NCBI GenBank assembly: GCA_005889405.1
Contig: VBFY01000061.1
Coordinates: forward strand, 64,769-128,768
Direction: 5' to 3'
Length of the DNA stretch: 64,000 nt
Source: Chloroflexota bacterium
GTDB taxonomy: Bacteria; Chloroflexota; Limnocylindria; P2-11E
Under the pieces are notes generated by a model that saw only the letters and a list, made by a program, of their open reading frames with translations, ran no database searches and had not been told where the DNA came from. The first letter of the stretch is position 1; every line of letters begins with the position of its first letter. The position numbers were made by a program, and so were the translations under genes. Shown one piece after another: positions 27,925-37,351 of the stretch.

Positions 27925-28899
27925 GTGGTCACGTTGCGGCAGCTGACCGAGGACTACTTCCGCAAGTTGTCCTTGGCCGGCCGCTCCGACAGGACGATCG
28001 GCCACTACCACGACTATCTGAACGACTTCATCGCGTTCGCCGCGCGGCACGGCGTCACGGAGACGACCGCGGCGACCAAGATCACACGCGAGCTGATCAC
28101 GTCGTACCAGCTGGACTTGGCGGAGCGCCCCAGTTCTCGAGACCCAAAGGAAAAGTTGGCCCTAGCCACTCGGAACCTATTCGCGGTCGGCCTACGCGGC
28201 CTCCTGAGGCACGGCGTGACCGAACTGAAGCTTCCAATACCCGCCCCCGACACCGTGATCATCGCCAAGGTCGGCGAAAAGACGATGCGCCGTATGGAAG
28301 TGTCCGACTTCGAAGCCCTCCTCGAAGCCCTTGCCAAGACCGGCAAGGCAGCGCTCCGGGATCGTGCGTTACTTGAGGTGCTCTTTGCGACAGGGTGCCG
28401 GCTCAGCGAGTTGTGCACACTCACGCGCCGCCGCGTGAACCTCAAAACCCGCGAGGTCGAGGTCCTGGGGAAAGGCAAGAAGGTGCGCGGAACCTATCTG
28501 ACCGAAGGGGCAGCTCGCCACCTCGAGCGGTACCTCGCTGCGCGGAAGGACAGCTCGCCGTACGTATTCATCTCGGGCCAGAGCGTGCGCCGTGTAGTCG
28601 ACCGGAAGACCGGCCTCAAGCGAGCCCAGAAGGCCACTTATCCGCTCACGCCGCGCAGCGTACAAGCGCTGGTCGAACGTCTGGCGATGAAGGCAGGCCT
28701 ACCCGACGACTTTTCGCCTCACTGGTTCAGGCATGGTCGTCTCACGATCGTCGCCCGACATGCGGGCCTTCTCGCAGCGCAGGAACTGGCTGGCCATGCG
28801 AGTCCGAACACGACACGGCGATACACGCGCATCACTTCAGCAGAACTGAAGCGCCACTTCGACGACGCAGAGCGGAAGGAGCGGGCACTGAGTGAATGA
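27925..28899 (+). mobile_element. Tyrosine recombinase / phage-type integrase (XerC/D-like)
   Basis: N-terminal SAM-like core-binding domain; catalytic R...HxxR...Y: LHGCRLSEL (Arg), HWFRHGRLT (His/Arg), RYTRI (Tyr). Confidence 0.85.
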
Positions 28900-29536
28900 C
28901 TACGAGCAAGACCTCTTCAACGGCCCACTGCCTCTCGCCTGTGGGGATCCACCGCCACGAGATCTGGCGTGGCTCGCGGGGTTCACTGACGGAGAAGGGA
29001 CGATCAGCCTATCTGTGAATAGACATCGCAATGGCCTGAGAACAATCACGCCTCGGTTCTCGCTCTCGAACACCAATCTCTCGAACCTCGGACGGGCGCG
29101 CCTACTTCTTGCTCGGCTGACCGGGCACGACGTGAAGGTCAAGACCAAGAAGAGTGATGGCCAGAGTCGTCCTGCGTACGCGATCGAACTTGCTTCCCAC
29201 TTCGATGTCGACACTACTGTCCGCGCCTTGTACCCCTACCTGGTCGGAAAGTGGCCCCAGGCGCACGCGATTCTCGAATATCTGACAATCGCTCCCGGTC
29301 ATCCGGCGCATCCCGAAGGATTCGCCCGCGTCCGAGGTAAACAGCCGCGTCCCGGCGCGCGGTATGACTCAAGGCACTGGGATCTCGTTACGCGTGTTCG
29401 AGAAATGAATCGACGTTATGCGCCGGGCGAGTGGCAGGCTGCGGCGCAAGCGGCTCTGAGCGCGAAGCCAGCAGAGCCTCCTGGCCATACGCCTATGGAT
29501 CCCCTGAAGCGCTGGTACAAGCTTTACGTGGGGTAA
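28892..29536 (+). CDS. Free-standing single-motif LAGLIDADG homing-endonuclease-like protein
   Basis: LAWLAGFTDGEGTISL (LAGLIDADG motif), then an I-CreI-like pattern. Codon usage has lower GC than the surroundings. GTG overlaps the integrase 3' end by 8 nt. Confidence 0.65.
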   Translation: MNDYEQDLFNGPLPLACGDPPPRDLAWLAGFTDGEGTISLSVNRHRNGLRTITPRFSLSNTNLSNLGRARLLLARLTGHDVKVKTKKSDGQSRPAYAIELASHFDVDTTVRALYPYLVGKWPQAHAILEYLTIAPGHPAHPEGFARVRGKQPRPGARYDSRHWDLVTRVREMNRRYAPGEWQAAAQAALSAKPAEPPGHTPMDPLKRWYKLYVG

Positions 29537-29785
29537 TTGCCGAAATTACCCCTCTCGACATTGCCGACCCCGCAGTCCGCGCAGCGAGGCTTTGGCTGCG
29601 ACACGCGGCCATCACGCTCTGGGGCTCCGCGAGCTTGCCATCCGCGCAGCGGCTCGCTGGTTATCGCCAGATCTCGACGACACGGAGAAATCTGGGCACA
29701 AGCGACGCTGGGCTGAAGGCTTTTCTACAAGCACGTCGGCTGATGCGGCGTGGTTGTAGATGGCGGCGCCCCCGGCTGAGGGTCA

Positions 29786-29815
29786 TTGATAGCATTGTCA
29801 CAATAGTGCTATCAT
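29786..29815 (+). promoter_or_regulatory. Putative sigma70-like promoter (TTGATA-18 nt-TATCAT) overlapped by inverted repeat GATAGCA-N12-TGCTATC; probable VapB operator
   Basis: -10 ends 10 nt before the vapB ATG (29825), implying a leaderless or near-leaderless transcript. Confidence 0.45.
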
Positions 29816-29824
29816 CGCGGGCGC

Positions 29825-30112
29825 ATGCGGCAATTAATCACGCGGATCGACGACGATCTCCATCACCGTCTGAAGCGTCGCGCTGCCGTCGAGGGCAGGT
29901 CGGTGAATGCGATGGTCAGCGACATATTGCGTCGGGCCGTTGTAGCGCACGACCAACGTGAGCTCGTGCGCGCTCGTCTTCGCGCCCTGGGTCGTCTGGC
30001 GTTCGTGCCGCGCCCGCGCAAGGCTCCGTCCCGTCGCGCTGCGCTGCGATTGGCGCGAGGCACTGGCTCGTCCGTGAGCGAAGCACTCGAGGCGGATCGC
30101 AACAGACGGTGA
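29825..30112 (+). CDS. vapB: Ribbon-helix-helix antitoxin (VapB/FitA-like)
   Basis: MRQLITRIDDDLHHRLKRRAAVEGRSVNAMVSDILRRAV RHH fold; coupled to the PIN gene. Confidence 0.8.
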   Translation: MRQLITRIDDDLHHRLKRRAAVEGRSVNAMVSDILRRAVVAHDQRELVRARLRALGRLAFVPRPRKAPSRRAALRLARGTGSSVSEALEADRNRR

Positions 30113-30552
30113 GCCTCATCTATGCGGACAGCAGCGCTCTCGTCCGCGCGTACTTTCCCGACGAGCCTGACCATGCCGATCTGCGGACGCTATTGCTCGA
30201 GGGTAACGAGGCGGTTGTCACGAGCGAGATCGCGCGCCTTGAGCTCGCGAGCGCCGCGCGCGGGGCATCGAGCGGCGGCCGTCTGTCTCGGTGGAGCGAG
30301 CTGTTGGCACGGATCGACGTGGATCTCGCTGAGGGTGGACCGATCGGCCCGATCGGCTTGCGGCCGGATCTGATCCTTCCCGCGGCATATCGCCTGGTCG
30401 TCGAGCATCGCTTGCGGACCCTTGACGCAATACATCTCGCCGTGTGCGTCGAGGAGTGCCCGGCGTTCGCGGGCGACGACACGATCATTTTCGTGACGCG
30501 CGACAGAGAGCAGGCGGCGGCGGCGCGGGCGCTCGGCCTCGAAACGGGCTGA
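30109..30552 (+). CDS. vapC: PIN-domain toxin VapC
   Basis: GTGA overlap with vapB. Acidic residues: YADSSALV (D), E (TSEIARLE), D (RTLDAIHLAV), D (VTRD). Confidence 0.85.
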   Translation: MSLIYADSSALVRAYFPDEPDHADLRTLLLEGNEAVVTSEIARLELASAARGASSGGRLSRWSELLARIDVDLAEGGPIGPIGLRPDLILPAAYRLVVEHRLRTLDAIHLAVCVEECPAFAGDDTIIFVTRDREQAAAARALGLETG

Positions 30553-30583
30553 ATCCGTCGTCCGCCGACGCACAGACCAGGCG

Positions 30584-31114
30584 CTACGGTCTGAACGGCG
30601 CTTTGCCGTCGATGTTGCCGACGAACTGCGGAAGCCGAGCATGCCCGAGCTGCTGTCGTATCGCCATGTTCTCGCCGGTGTGATACCAGTAGTGGTAGAT
30701 CACGCGTTGCACAAGATTCCCGAACGTGTATGGGATCGGCTTTCCCTTGTTCACCGCGTTGGCCAGGAGGTCGGCCGTCGTGAGCCCGTCGAGCCATGGA
30801 TCGGCCGCCGTCGTGATCGCGCGCCATGCCCTTAGAACGCGCGCAAGCGTGGGCGTGCTCGCGGGACCGCCGGTCGTGAACTCCGCGGCGATGTCGGGAT
30901 ACGGCTGCACGTCCAGTCCGAATCCAAGGAAGTAGCGCTGCTCCTGCCACGCGAGGTGGCCGACGTTCCAGCTGAGGCAGTTCATCGGAAGCAAACGCCG
31001 CCGCGCGTCCTTCTCCGTCACGCCCTTGATCGTTCGAAGAAATTCGGCTCTTGTGAAACGAAGCTGCGTTACCAGCGGATGGATCTCGGCCGTCCGCTTT
31101 CGGCGCTTCGCCAT
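30584..31114 (-). CDS. DinB_2/YfiT-like metal-dependent four-helix-bundle protein
   Basis: WNVGHLAWQEQRYF...HYWYHTGE His triad pattern. Confidence 0.7.
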   Translation of the reverse strand: MAKRRKRTAEIHPLVTQLRFTRAEFLRTIKGVTEKDARRRLLPMNCLSWNVGHLAWQEQRYFLGFGLDVQPYPDIAAEFTTGGPASTPTLARVLRAWRAITTAADPWLDGLTTADLLANAVNKGKPIPYTFGNLVQRVIYHYWYHTGENMAIRQQLGHARLPQFVGNIDGKAPFRP

Positions 31115-31242
31115 GCCAAAAAAGATACGTCAGGAACCCGCGCGTCTGCGTGCGGCCGATCAGTCGAGCTAAACGCGAACCACAGACGCGCACGGAGGCG
31201 GCTCGGCGTAGCGTTAGCCGCGATCTCTTGGGAGGGACACCG

Positions 31243-33774
31243 ATGCTCGAACGCACACGCCTGATGTTCACCCCGCTCGCGATCCTCGTGCTTCTCGTCC
31301 TCATCTCGACCGCCGGTCTTGCCGTGTCCGGCAGATCGTCGGACCGCAAGATCGAGCGCACCAAGGACGCCGCCGGCAACCTCGACGAAGTCAGCGCGTC
31401 GATCCTGGAGCAAGCCGGGGCGCGCTACGCGCCGGGCACGAGCGTTCCCGGATCTGCGTTCCTCGCAGCGTTCCAGCAAGGGCGGGCGCTCCCCCTTGTC
31501 GGCGGCGCGTGGAGCGAGCTCACGACCAAGATGTACGACTCGGATGACAAGAATTACCGCGACCCCGTGTTCTCGAATGGCGGCGGCGGCAACGGTCTGG
31601 TGACCGGCCGCATGAGCGCGCTCGCGGTGCAGGCCAACGGCACGCTGTGGGCCGGCGCCGCCGACGGCGGCGTGTGGAAGTCGACGAACGGCGGTAACAG
31701 CTGGACACCGAAGTTCGACACACAGGGTTCGCTTTCGATCGGCGCGATCGCGATCAATCCGGCCGACCAAAGCGTGTGGGTCGGCACCGGCGAGGACAAC
31801 ACCGCGTTCGAGAACTACCGGGGCATCGGTGTGCTCCGCTCGACCGATGGTGGCTCTACGTGGAACAACATCGGCGGCTCCGAGCTCGACGGCACGACGA
31901 TCGGCCGGCTCACCTTCGATGGACATGGCAACGTGTACGCGGCCACCAGCTTCGGGCTCTGGCGACGCTCGACATCGACTGCCGCGAGCGGAAGCTGGAC
32001 GCTCATGTTCGACGCCGCGACATTCGGGTTCGCAAAGATCCCGTACGGCTTCTCGATGGCGAACGACGTCCAGGTCCGGCCCGGCTCGAACGGGCAGACC
32101 ATCGTCGCCAACATGTCGTGGCGGAGCGGCACCGCATACGACGGCATCTACCAGTCGACCGACGGCGGCGCGTCGTGGGGTCGCGTGAAGACCGGCGGCG
32201 CGATCAATGACGCGGATATCGGGCGCAGCAGCCTCTCGTACTCAGCCGACGGCTCGAAGCTCTACGCGCTTGTGGAGTCTCCGCGGATGATCAACAGCTT
32301 CACGCAGTCCGGCGGCAACGTCCTGCAGGGCATCTACGTGTCGCCGACCGGCGATGCGGCGGGTCCGTGGAACAAGATCGCCGAGTCCAGCAAGCTCGCG
32401 AACTCGGGCTCGGCGCTCAAGTCGTACCGCGGCTATGCCCCTGGCGTGCAAGCCTGGTACAACCAATTCATCGCGGTCGACCCGGCCGACGCGGATCACG
32501 TCTACGTCGGACTCGAGGAAGTCTTCGAGACGACCGACGGCGGAACGACCTGGAACACGATCGGTCCGTACTGGAACTTCACCCTTCCGTGCTATGCGAA
32601 CGGCGCGGACACCTGCCCAAAGACGACGCACCCCGACCAGCACGCGATCGCGTTCGCGGGCAACACGGTCTACGTCGGCAATGACGGCGGCGTGTGGAGC
32701 CGCGACAAGCGCAACCACGAGATCGTATGGAACGATCTCAACGCGACGCTGCGCACGCTCCAGTACTACTACGCGGGCGCCGGGACGGTCACCGGCGGCG
32801 ATGCGATCTGGGGCGGCCTCCAGGACAACGGCGAGTCGCTCCTCCTCCCGGGCCTTTCCACCATGGTCTCCCCGTTCGGCGGCGACGGCGGCGATACGCT
32901 CGTCGATCCGAACAACGGCGATCGCGCGGTCGTCGAGTACACCGACCTCGACATGGCGCTCACGACGACGGGCGGACGCTCCGATGGATCGACCGTGGCC
33001 TTCGTCGAGATGACGCCGTCATGCTTCGCGTTCACCTACACGCCGAGTCCCTGCGATCCGAACCCGCGATTCATCGCGCCATTCCGCGCGGATGTGAAGA
33101 GCCTCGATCACTGGGTCTCGGGCGGTCAGTACGTCTGGGACAACCAGGGCAAGGGCTGGGACACGCGGTGCTCCGCCTCGGCCTGCGACTGGAAGATCGC
33201 GTACAACACCGGCAGCGGCGATTCGACCACGGCGATCGCCGTGAACGGCAGCGTGGTCTACGCCGGTTGGTGTGGCCCGACCGGCTGCAACCCGCTGACG
33301 AGCTCCACGACGGGCGGCGGCTTCCGCCGCGGCATCGCGACGAACATCTCCGGCACCTGGACGGAGCTCTCGATGAGCTCGCTTCCGCTCCGGTACGTCA
33401 ACGCGCTCACAGTCGACCCGAACAACGCTGCGCACGTCTACGCCGTGTTCGGCGGCTTCTCGCGACACTGGGTGCCGAACGCTGGCGTTGGCCATGTCTT
33501 CGAGACGAAGGACGGCGGCGCGAACTGGACCGACATCAGCGGGAACCTTCCTGACGCACCGGGCGACGACCTGCTGATCGTGAACGGCAACCTCGTGCTC
33601 GCCACCGACGTTGGCGCATTCATCGCGTCGGCCGCGACGCCCACGGTGTGGTCGCGCCTTGGAACCGCCCTTCCGAACTCCGCGATCTACGACCTGTCGC
33701 TCGGCCAGGCGAACGGCGGGTACATCATCGCCGCGACGCACGGACGCGGTCTCTGGAAGATCGCGTTGCCGTAG
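31243..33774 (+). CDS. Large secreted Asp-box (BNR) repeat beta-propeller protein (sialidase/GH74/VPS10-like fold), N-terminal signal anchor
   Basis: RBS GGGAGGG before ATG 31243. MLERTRLMFTPLAILVLLVLISTAGLAVSG; repeated S/TxDGGxTW boxes (STNGGNSW, STDGGSTW, STDGGASW, TTDGGTTW, TKDGGANW). Confidence 0.75.
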   Translation: MLERTRLMFTPLAILVLLVLISTAGLAVSGRSSDRKIERTKDAAGNLDEVSASILEQAGARYAPGTSVPGSAFLAAFQQGRALPLVGGAWSELTTKMYDSDDKNYRDPVFSNGGGGNGLVTGRMSALAVQANGTLWAGAADGGVWKSTNGGNSWTPKFDTQGSLSIGAIAINPADQSVWVGTGEDNTAFENYRGIGVLRSTDGGSTWNNIGGSELDGTTIGRLTFDGHGNVYAATSFGLWRRSTSTAASGSWTLMFDAATFGFAKIPYGFSMANDVQVRPGSNGQTIVANMSWRSGTAYDGIYQSTDGGASWGRVKTGGAINDADIGRSSLSYSADGSKLYALVESPRMINSFTQSGGNVLQGIYVSPTGDAAGPWNKIAESSKLANSGSALKSYRGYAPGVQAWYNQFIAVDPADADHVYVGLEEVFETTDGGTTWNTIGPYWNFTLPCYANGADTCPKTTHPDQHAIAFAGNTVYVGNDGGVWSRDKRNHEIVWNDLNATLRTLQYYYAGAGTVTGGDAIWGGLQDNGESLLLPGLSTMVSPFGGDGGDTLVDPNNGDRAVVEYTDLDMALTTTGGRSDGSTVAFVEMTPSCFAFTYTPSPCDPNPRFIAPFRADVKSLDHWVSGGQYVWDNQGKGWDTRCSASACDWKIAYNTGSGDSTTAIAVNGSVVYAGWCGPTGCNPLTSSTTGGGFRRGIATNISGTWTELSMSSLPLRYVNALTVDPNNAAHVYAVFGGFSRHWVPNAGVGHVFETKDGGANWTDISGNLPDAPGDDLLIVNGNLVLATDVGAFIASAATPTVWSRLGTALPNSAIYDLSLGQANGGYIIAATHGRGLWKIALP

Positions 33775-33802
33775 AGACTTCGCGTTCGCACACCTCGCGC
33801 GG

Positions 33803-33826
33803 ACGGCGGCCCACCGGGGCCGCCGT
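33803..33826 (+). terminator. GC-rich hairpin (10-bp perfect stem, loop ACCG) 29 nt after the BNR protein stop; candidate intrinsic terminator without U-tract
   Basis: acggcggccc-accg-gggccgccgt. Confidence 0.45.
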
Positions 33827-33945
33827 GCGCATTCCGGTAGCCTGAACGCATAGCCCTCACGAGTGCGACCGCACCGACCGGCACGTCCTTCGCGGCGCTG
33901 CGCCACGGTCCATTCCGCGCGTACTTCACGACCAGCCTGCTCTCG

Positions 33946-35115
33946 ATGATGGGCGACAACGTCGAGCACGTGATCTCGTACTGGGTCATCTTCCAAGCGT
34001 TCCACTCCCCCACGCTCGCGGGCTTCGCCGTGATCAGTCACTGGACACCGTTTTTGGTGCTGGGCGTGTGGTTCGGCGGACTCGCCGACCGTTACGACTG
34101 CCGCAAGATCATCATCGCGTCGCAGATCGCCTTCATCGCGGCGTCGCTGGCGTGGGCGCTGCTGTTCCTCACCGGCACGCTGCAGACGTGGCATGCCGTG
34201 ATCCTGCTCATCATTCACGGTCTCGCGGGGGCGCTGTGGTCGCCCGCGGGGCAGCTCATCATCCACGACATCGTCGGCCACGAGCAGCTGCAAAGCGGCG
34301 TGCGGCTCGCGGCCACCGGTCGCAGCATCGGAATCCTGTTCGGCCCCGCGGTCGGCGGCGCGCTGCTGCTCGGGCTCGGCCCGGCGTACGGCCTGATGGC
34401 GAACGCATTCCTGTACCTCCCGATGACGATCTGGCTGCTTCGCACGCCGTACAGCGGCCACCGCCGGACCGGCGCGAACGACGAGAGCGCGCGGATCTCG
34501 CTCGCCGACGCGGTGCGCACGCTGCGCGAGATATCGGGCAACCGCGGCATCCTCGTGATGACTGCGCTCGCCGGACTCAGCTCGCTCTTCGTCGGCAACG
34601 CCTACCAGGCGCAGATGCCGGAGTTTGCCGCGTGGTTCGGTTCCGCTCAGGACGAGATCACGTACAGCGTGCTGCTCACGGCGAACGCGGCGGGGTCCGT
34701 GCTCGGCGGCTTCGGTCTCGAGGCGCTGGCGTTCTTCCGCCAGCCGCGCATCCGGACGGCCGTTCTGCTCGCGCTCGCCTGGGGCGCCTCGATCCTTCTG
34801 TTCGCGCTGACACCGGTCTACGCGATCGCGGTGCTGGCGCTGCTCCTCGGGGGCGTGCTCAACATCGGCTTCACCTCGATGGCCCAGGCCTACGTCCAGC
34901 TCGAGGCGCCGCCGGCCCGCCGCGGGCGCGTGGTCGGACTGTTCAGCATGTCGTGGAACGGCCTGCGCGTCGGTAGTGGCGTGACGGTCGGGATCCTCGG
35001 CGCGGCCATCGGCATCCACTACTCTCTCGCGCTGAGCGCCATCGCGTTCCTCGTTGTCGGGGTGGCGCTGCTCGTTTATGCGAATGGGCGCGCGCGCGAA
35101 GCGGTCACCGCCTAA
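33946..35115 (+). CDS. MFS transporter; true start probably upstream and non-canonical
   Basis: ATG 33946 would cut TM1. The frame is open back to TAG 33838 and encodes the conserved N-terminus PTGTSFAALRHGPFRAYFTTSLL with no ATG/GTG/TTG; candidate starts are ATA 33850 or CTG 33898. Confidence 0.8.
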   Translation: MMGDNVEHVISYWVIFQAFHSPTLAGFAVISHWTPFLVLGVWFGGLADRYDCRKIIIASQIAFIAASLAWALLFLTGTLQTWHAVILLIIHGLAGALWSPAGQLIIHDIVGHEQLQSGVRLAATGRSIGILFGPAVGGALLLGLGPAYGLMANAFLYLPMTIWLLRTPYSGHRRTGANDESARISLADAVRTLREISGNRGILVMTALAGLSSLFVGNAYQAQMPEFAAWFGSAQDEITYSVLLTANAAGSVLGGFGLEALAFFRQPRIRTAVLLALAWGASILLFALTPVYAIAVLALLLGGVLNIGFTSMAQAYVQLEAPPARRGRVVGLFSMSWNGLRVGSGVTVGILGAAIGIHYSLALSAIAFLVVGVALLVYANGRAREAVTA

Positions 35116-35136
35116 AGAGTCGCACAGGGAGTCGGA

Positions 35137-35361
35137 ATGCCGATCAAGAGTCAGGCCCAGCGTCGCAAGTTCGCTGAGCTCCTGGTGGAGGGCAAGATCT
35201 CTCCCGAGGTCTACGAACGGTGGAACCGTGGAGCGGGGTACAAGAAGCTTCCCGAACATGTGAAGCCCAAGGCGAAACCCAGGGCCAAGCGCACACCGAA
35301 GGCGAAGACCAAGAGAAAGACGACGTCGGCCCGCAAGACCACGAAGCGCTCGCGTCGCTGA
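35137..35361 (+). CDS. Small basic Lys-rich protein (possibly DUF3008-like)
   Basis: MPIKSQAQRRKFAELLVEGKISPEVYERW...KAKPRAKRTPKAKTKRK; GGAGTCGGA upstream. The family assignment is tentative. Confidence 0.5.
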   Translation: MPIKSQAQRRKFAELLVEGKISPEVYERWNRGAGYKKLPEHVKPKAKPRAKRTPKAKTKRKTTSARKTTKRSRR

Positions 35362-35382
35362 CCTAGCGCTCCGATCACGGCG

Positions 35383-35943
35383 ATGCGAACGCTCGAGACC
35401 GACCGCTTGATCATCCGCGCATTCACGCTCCAGGACGCCGACACGTACGCGCGATTGCTCGACGCGGCGTTCGGCGCGGACTCGTACGGACCGCCGGAGG
35501 AGAAGCGTGTCGTGTTCGAGTACCAGGTCGCGGCGGACGCCGGTCTCGCGCTCCTGCATCAGCCTCCATACGGCGACCGCGCGATCGTGCTGCGAAGCAG
35601 CGGCGAGATCGTGGGTTCCGTCGGTTTCGCGCCGTGTCTCATGCCCTTCGGCCAGCTGCCCTCGTTCGAGCCGACCACGAAGTTCACATCGGAGGTCGGA
35701 CTCTTCTGGGCGCTCTTTCCCGAGCACTGGCGTAAGGGCTATGCGACCGAGGCCGCGGCTGCGATGGTCTCGTACGCCTTCAATCAGCTCCGATTGCGAC
35801 GCATCGTCGCGACCACCGAGAACGACAACGCCAGATCGGTCGGCGTCATGCGCCGCCTCGGCATGCGGCTCGAACGGAATCCGCTCGCCGAGCCCGCGTG
35901 GTTCCAGACCGTCGGCATCCTTGATGACCTGCCTCTCGCCTAG
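35383..35943 (+). CDS. GNAT N-acetyltransferase (RimJ/RimL-like)
   Basis: WRKGYATEAAAAMVSYAF acetyl-CoA binding motif. Confidence 0.8.
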   Translation: MRTLETDRLIIRAFTLQDADTYARLLDAAFGADSYGPPEEKRVVFEYQVAADAGLALLHQPPYGDRAIVLRSSGEIVGSVGFAPCLMPFGQLPSFEPTTKFTSEVGLFWALFPEHWRKGYATEAAAAMVSYAFNQLRLRRIVATTENDNARSVGVMRRLGMRLERNPLAEPAWFQTVGILDDLPLA

Positions 35944-36437
35944 TCCTCGACCCTCAGCGTGAAGCGCAGCTCCTCTCCGGCGAGCGAATACCTGAGCTCC
36001 CAGCAGCCCGTCGTCGAGAAGGTGACGCTGCTCCCGATATTCCCGTCGGATGCCGTCCCGGTGAACGTGCCCTGACCGTCTCCGTCGAGCTGCCTGCCGC
36101 GCACCGTGATCGGTCCGCCTTTGAGAGGGATCATCCACACCTTGCTGTATCTGCGCTGAAAGACGCCGTCCAGAGGAAGGCTGATCCACATCGCGTCGTT
36201 ACCGATCCAATTGCCCGTCGCGGCCCACGCGTCGCGCGACGGTGTCGGATTCGGTCGCGGTGACGCTCCGCCAATCATGATGTCCATCACGACCTGCGGC
36301 GGGACCATTCGTGCGAACGTCGGCTGACAGGTCCCGGCTGATGCACCGACGCTCGCGGGCGCCGAGGTTCGCGGAACCTGACTGACAGCGTTGCAGGCGG
36401 CGCACGTGAGCAGTGCGGCGATCAGAAGGCCCCACAC
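35940..36437 (-). CDS. Lipoprotein of unknown function
   Basis: LLIAALLTCAAC lipobox; convergent with the GNAT gene; GTG start. Confidence 0.45.
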   Translation of the reverse strand: MWGLLIAALLTCAACNAVSQVPRTSAPASVGASAGTCQPTFARMVPPQVVMDIMIGGASPRPNPTPSRDAWAATGNWIGNDAMWISLPLDGVFQRRYSKVWMIPLKGGPITVRGRQLDGDGQGTFTGTASDGNIGSSVTFSTTGCWELRYSLAGEELRFTLRVED

Positions 36438-36503
36438 GCTCCCCGATACAGCCTTCGCCGCGGACCGGTTCCCGACACGAGGAGCTCCGACGAGGCGTAG
36501 CTG

Positions 36504-37265
36504 CTAGCGCGCTGTCCAGCCCGCGTCGATCACCTGCGTCGCGCCCGTGATCCCGCCGGCGTCGTCCGAGCAGAGGAAGCGCACATACGCCGCGACCTCG
36601 GACGGCTCCAGGAGCCGCTTGAGCGCCGCGGGCGCGAGCATGATGTCGCGGATCACGGCGTCCTCGCTGATCCCGTGCACCTTCGCCTGATCGGCGATCT
36701 GCTTCTCCACGAGCGGCGTTCGCACGTAGGACGGACAGATCGCGTTCACGGTCACGCCCTTTTCGGCCGCCTCGAGCGCGACGGCTTTCGTGAAGCCGAC
36801 GAGTCCGTGTTTCGCGGCGACGTACGCGGACTTGTACGGCGATGCGACCAGGCCGTGCACCGACGCGATGTTCACGATGCGACCCCACCCTTTCGCGTAC
36901 ATGTGGGGCAGCGCGGCGCGCGTGAGGTAGAACGCGCCGAAGAGCATCACGCGGACGAGTCGCTCCCAGGTCTCGACCGGGAATGCCTCGACTGGAGCGA
37001 CGTGCTGCAGCCCCGCGTTGTTCACCAGGATGTCGACGCCACCCAAGTCACGGATCGCGCGCGCCACGAGCGCGTCGCAGTCCGACTGCTTCGCGGCGTC
37101 CGCGCGCTGGAATATGCCGGTCGAGAAGTCGGCGGCGACTCGCTCGCCCTCCTCGACGTTCACGTCCGCGAAGAGAACGCGCGCGCCGTTCGCCGCGAGA
37201 TCCGTCGCGATCGCGCGGCCGATGCCGCTCGCCGCGCCGGTCACGATGGCTGCCCGGCCACTCAT
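36504..37265 (-). CDS. Short-chain dehydrogenase/reductase (3-hydroxybutyrate dehydrogenase-like)
   Basis: TGAASGIGRAIA, NNAG, catalytic S...YVAAKHG. Confidence 0.85.
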   Translation of the reverse strand: MSGRAAIVTGAASGIGRAIATDLAANGARVLFADVNVEEGERVAADFSTGIFQRADAAKQSDCDALVARAIRDLGGVDILVNNAGLQHVAPVEAFPVETWERLVRVMLFGAFYLTRAALPHMYAKGWGRIVNIASVHGLVASPYKSAYVAAKHGLVGFTKAVALEAAEKGVTVNAICPSYVRTPLVEKQIADQAKVHGISEDAVIRDIMLAPAALKRLLEPSEVAAYVRFLCSDDAGGITGATQVIDAGWTAR

Positions 37266-37351
37266 CGGACGCGCAGTCTAGGTTCTGATCCGACGTCTCC
37301 CTGATCGCGTACCAGTTCCTTGGCGATCTACGCCAGAAAAAGGGAGGCACC

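Noticed and set aside
33019-36189. 1056-aa minus-strand ORF spanning four plus-strand genes
   Set aside because: Arg/Glu/Asp-rich low-complexity translation. It is antisense to well-supported genes (BNR protein, MFS, GNAT) and is a typical high-GC artefact.
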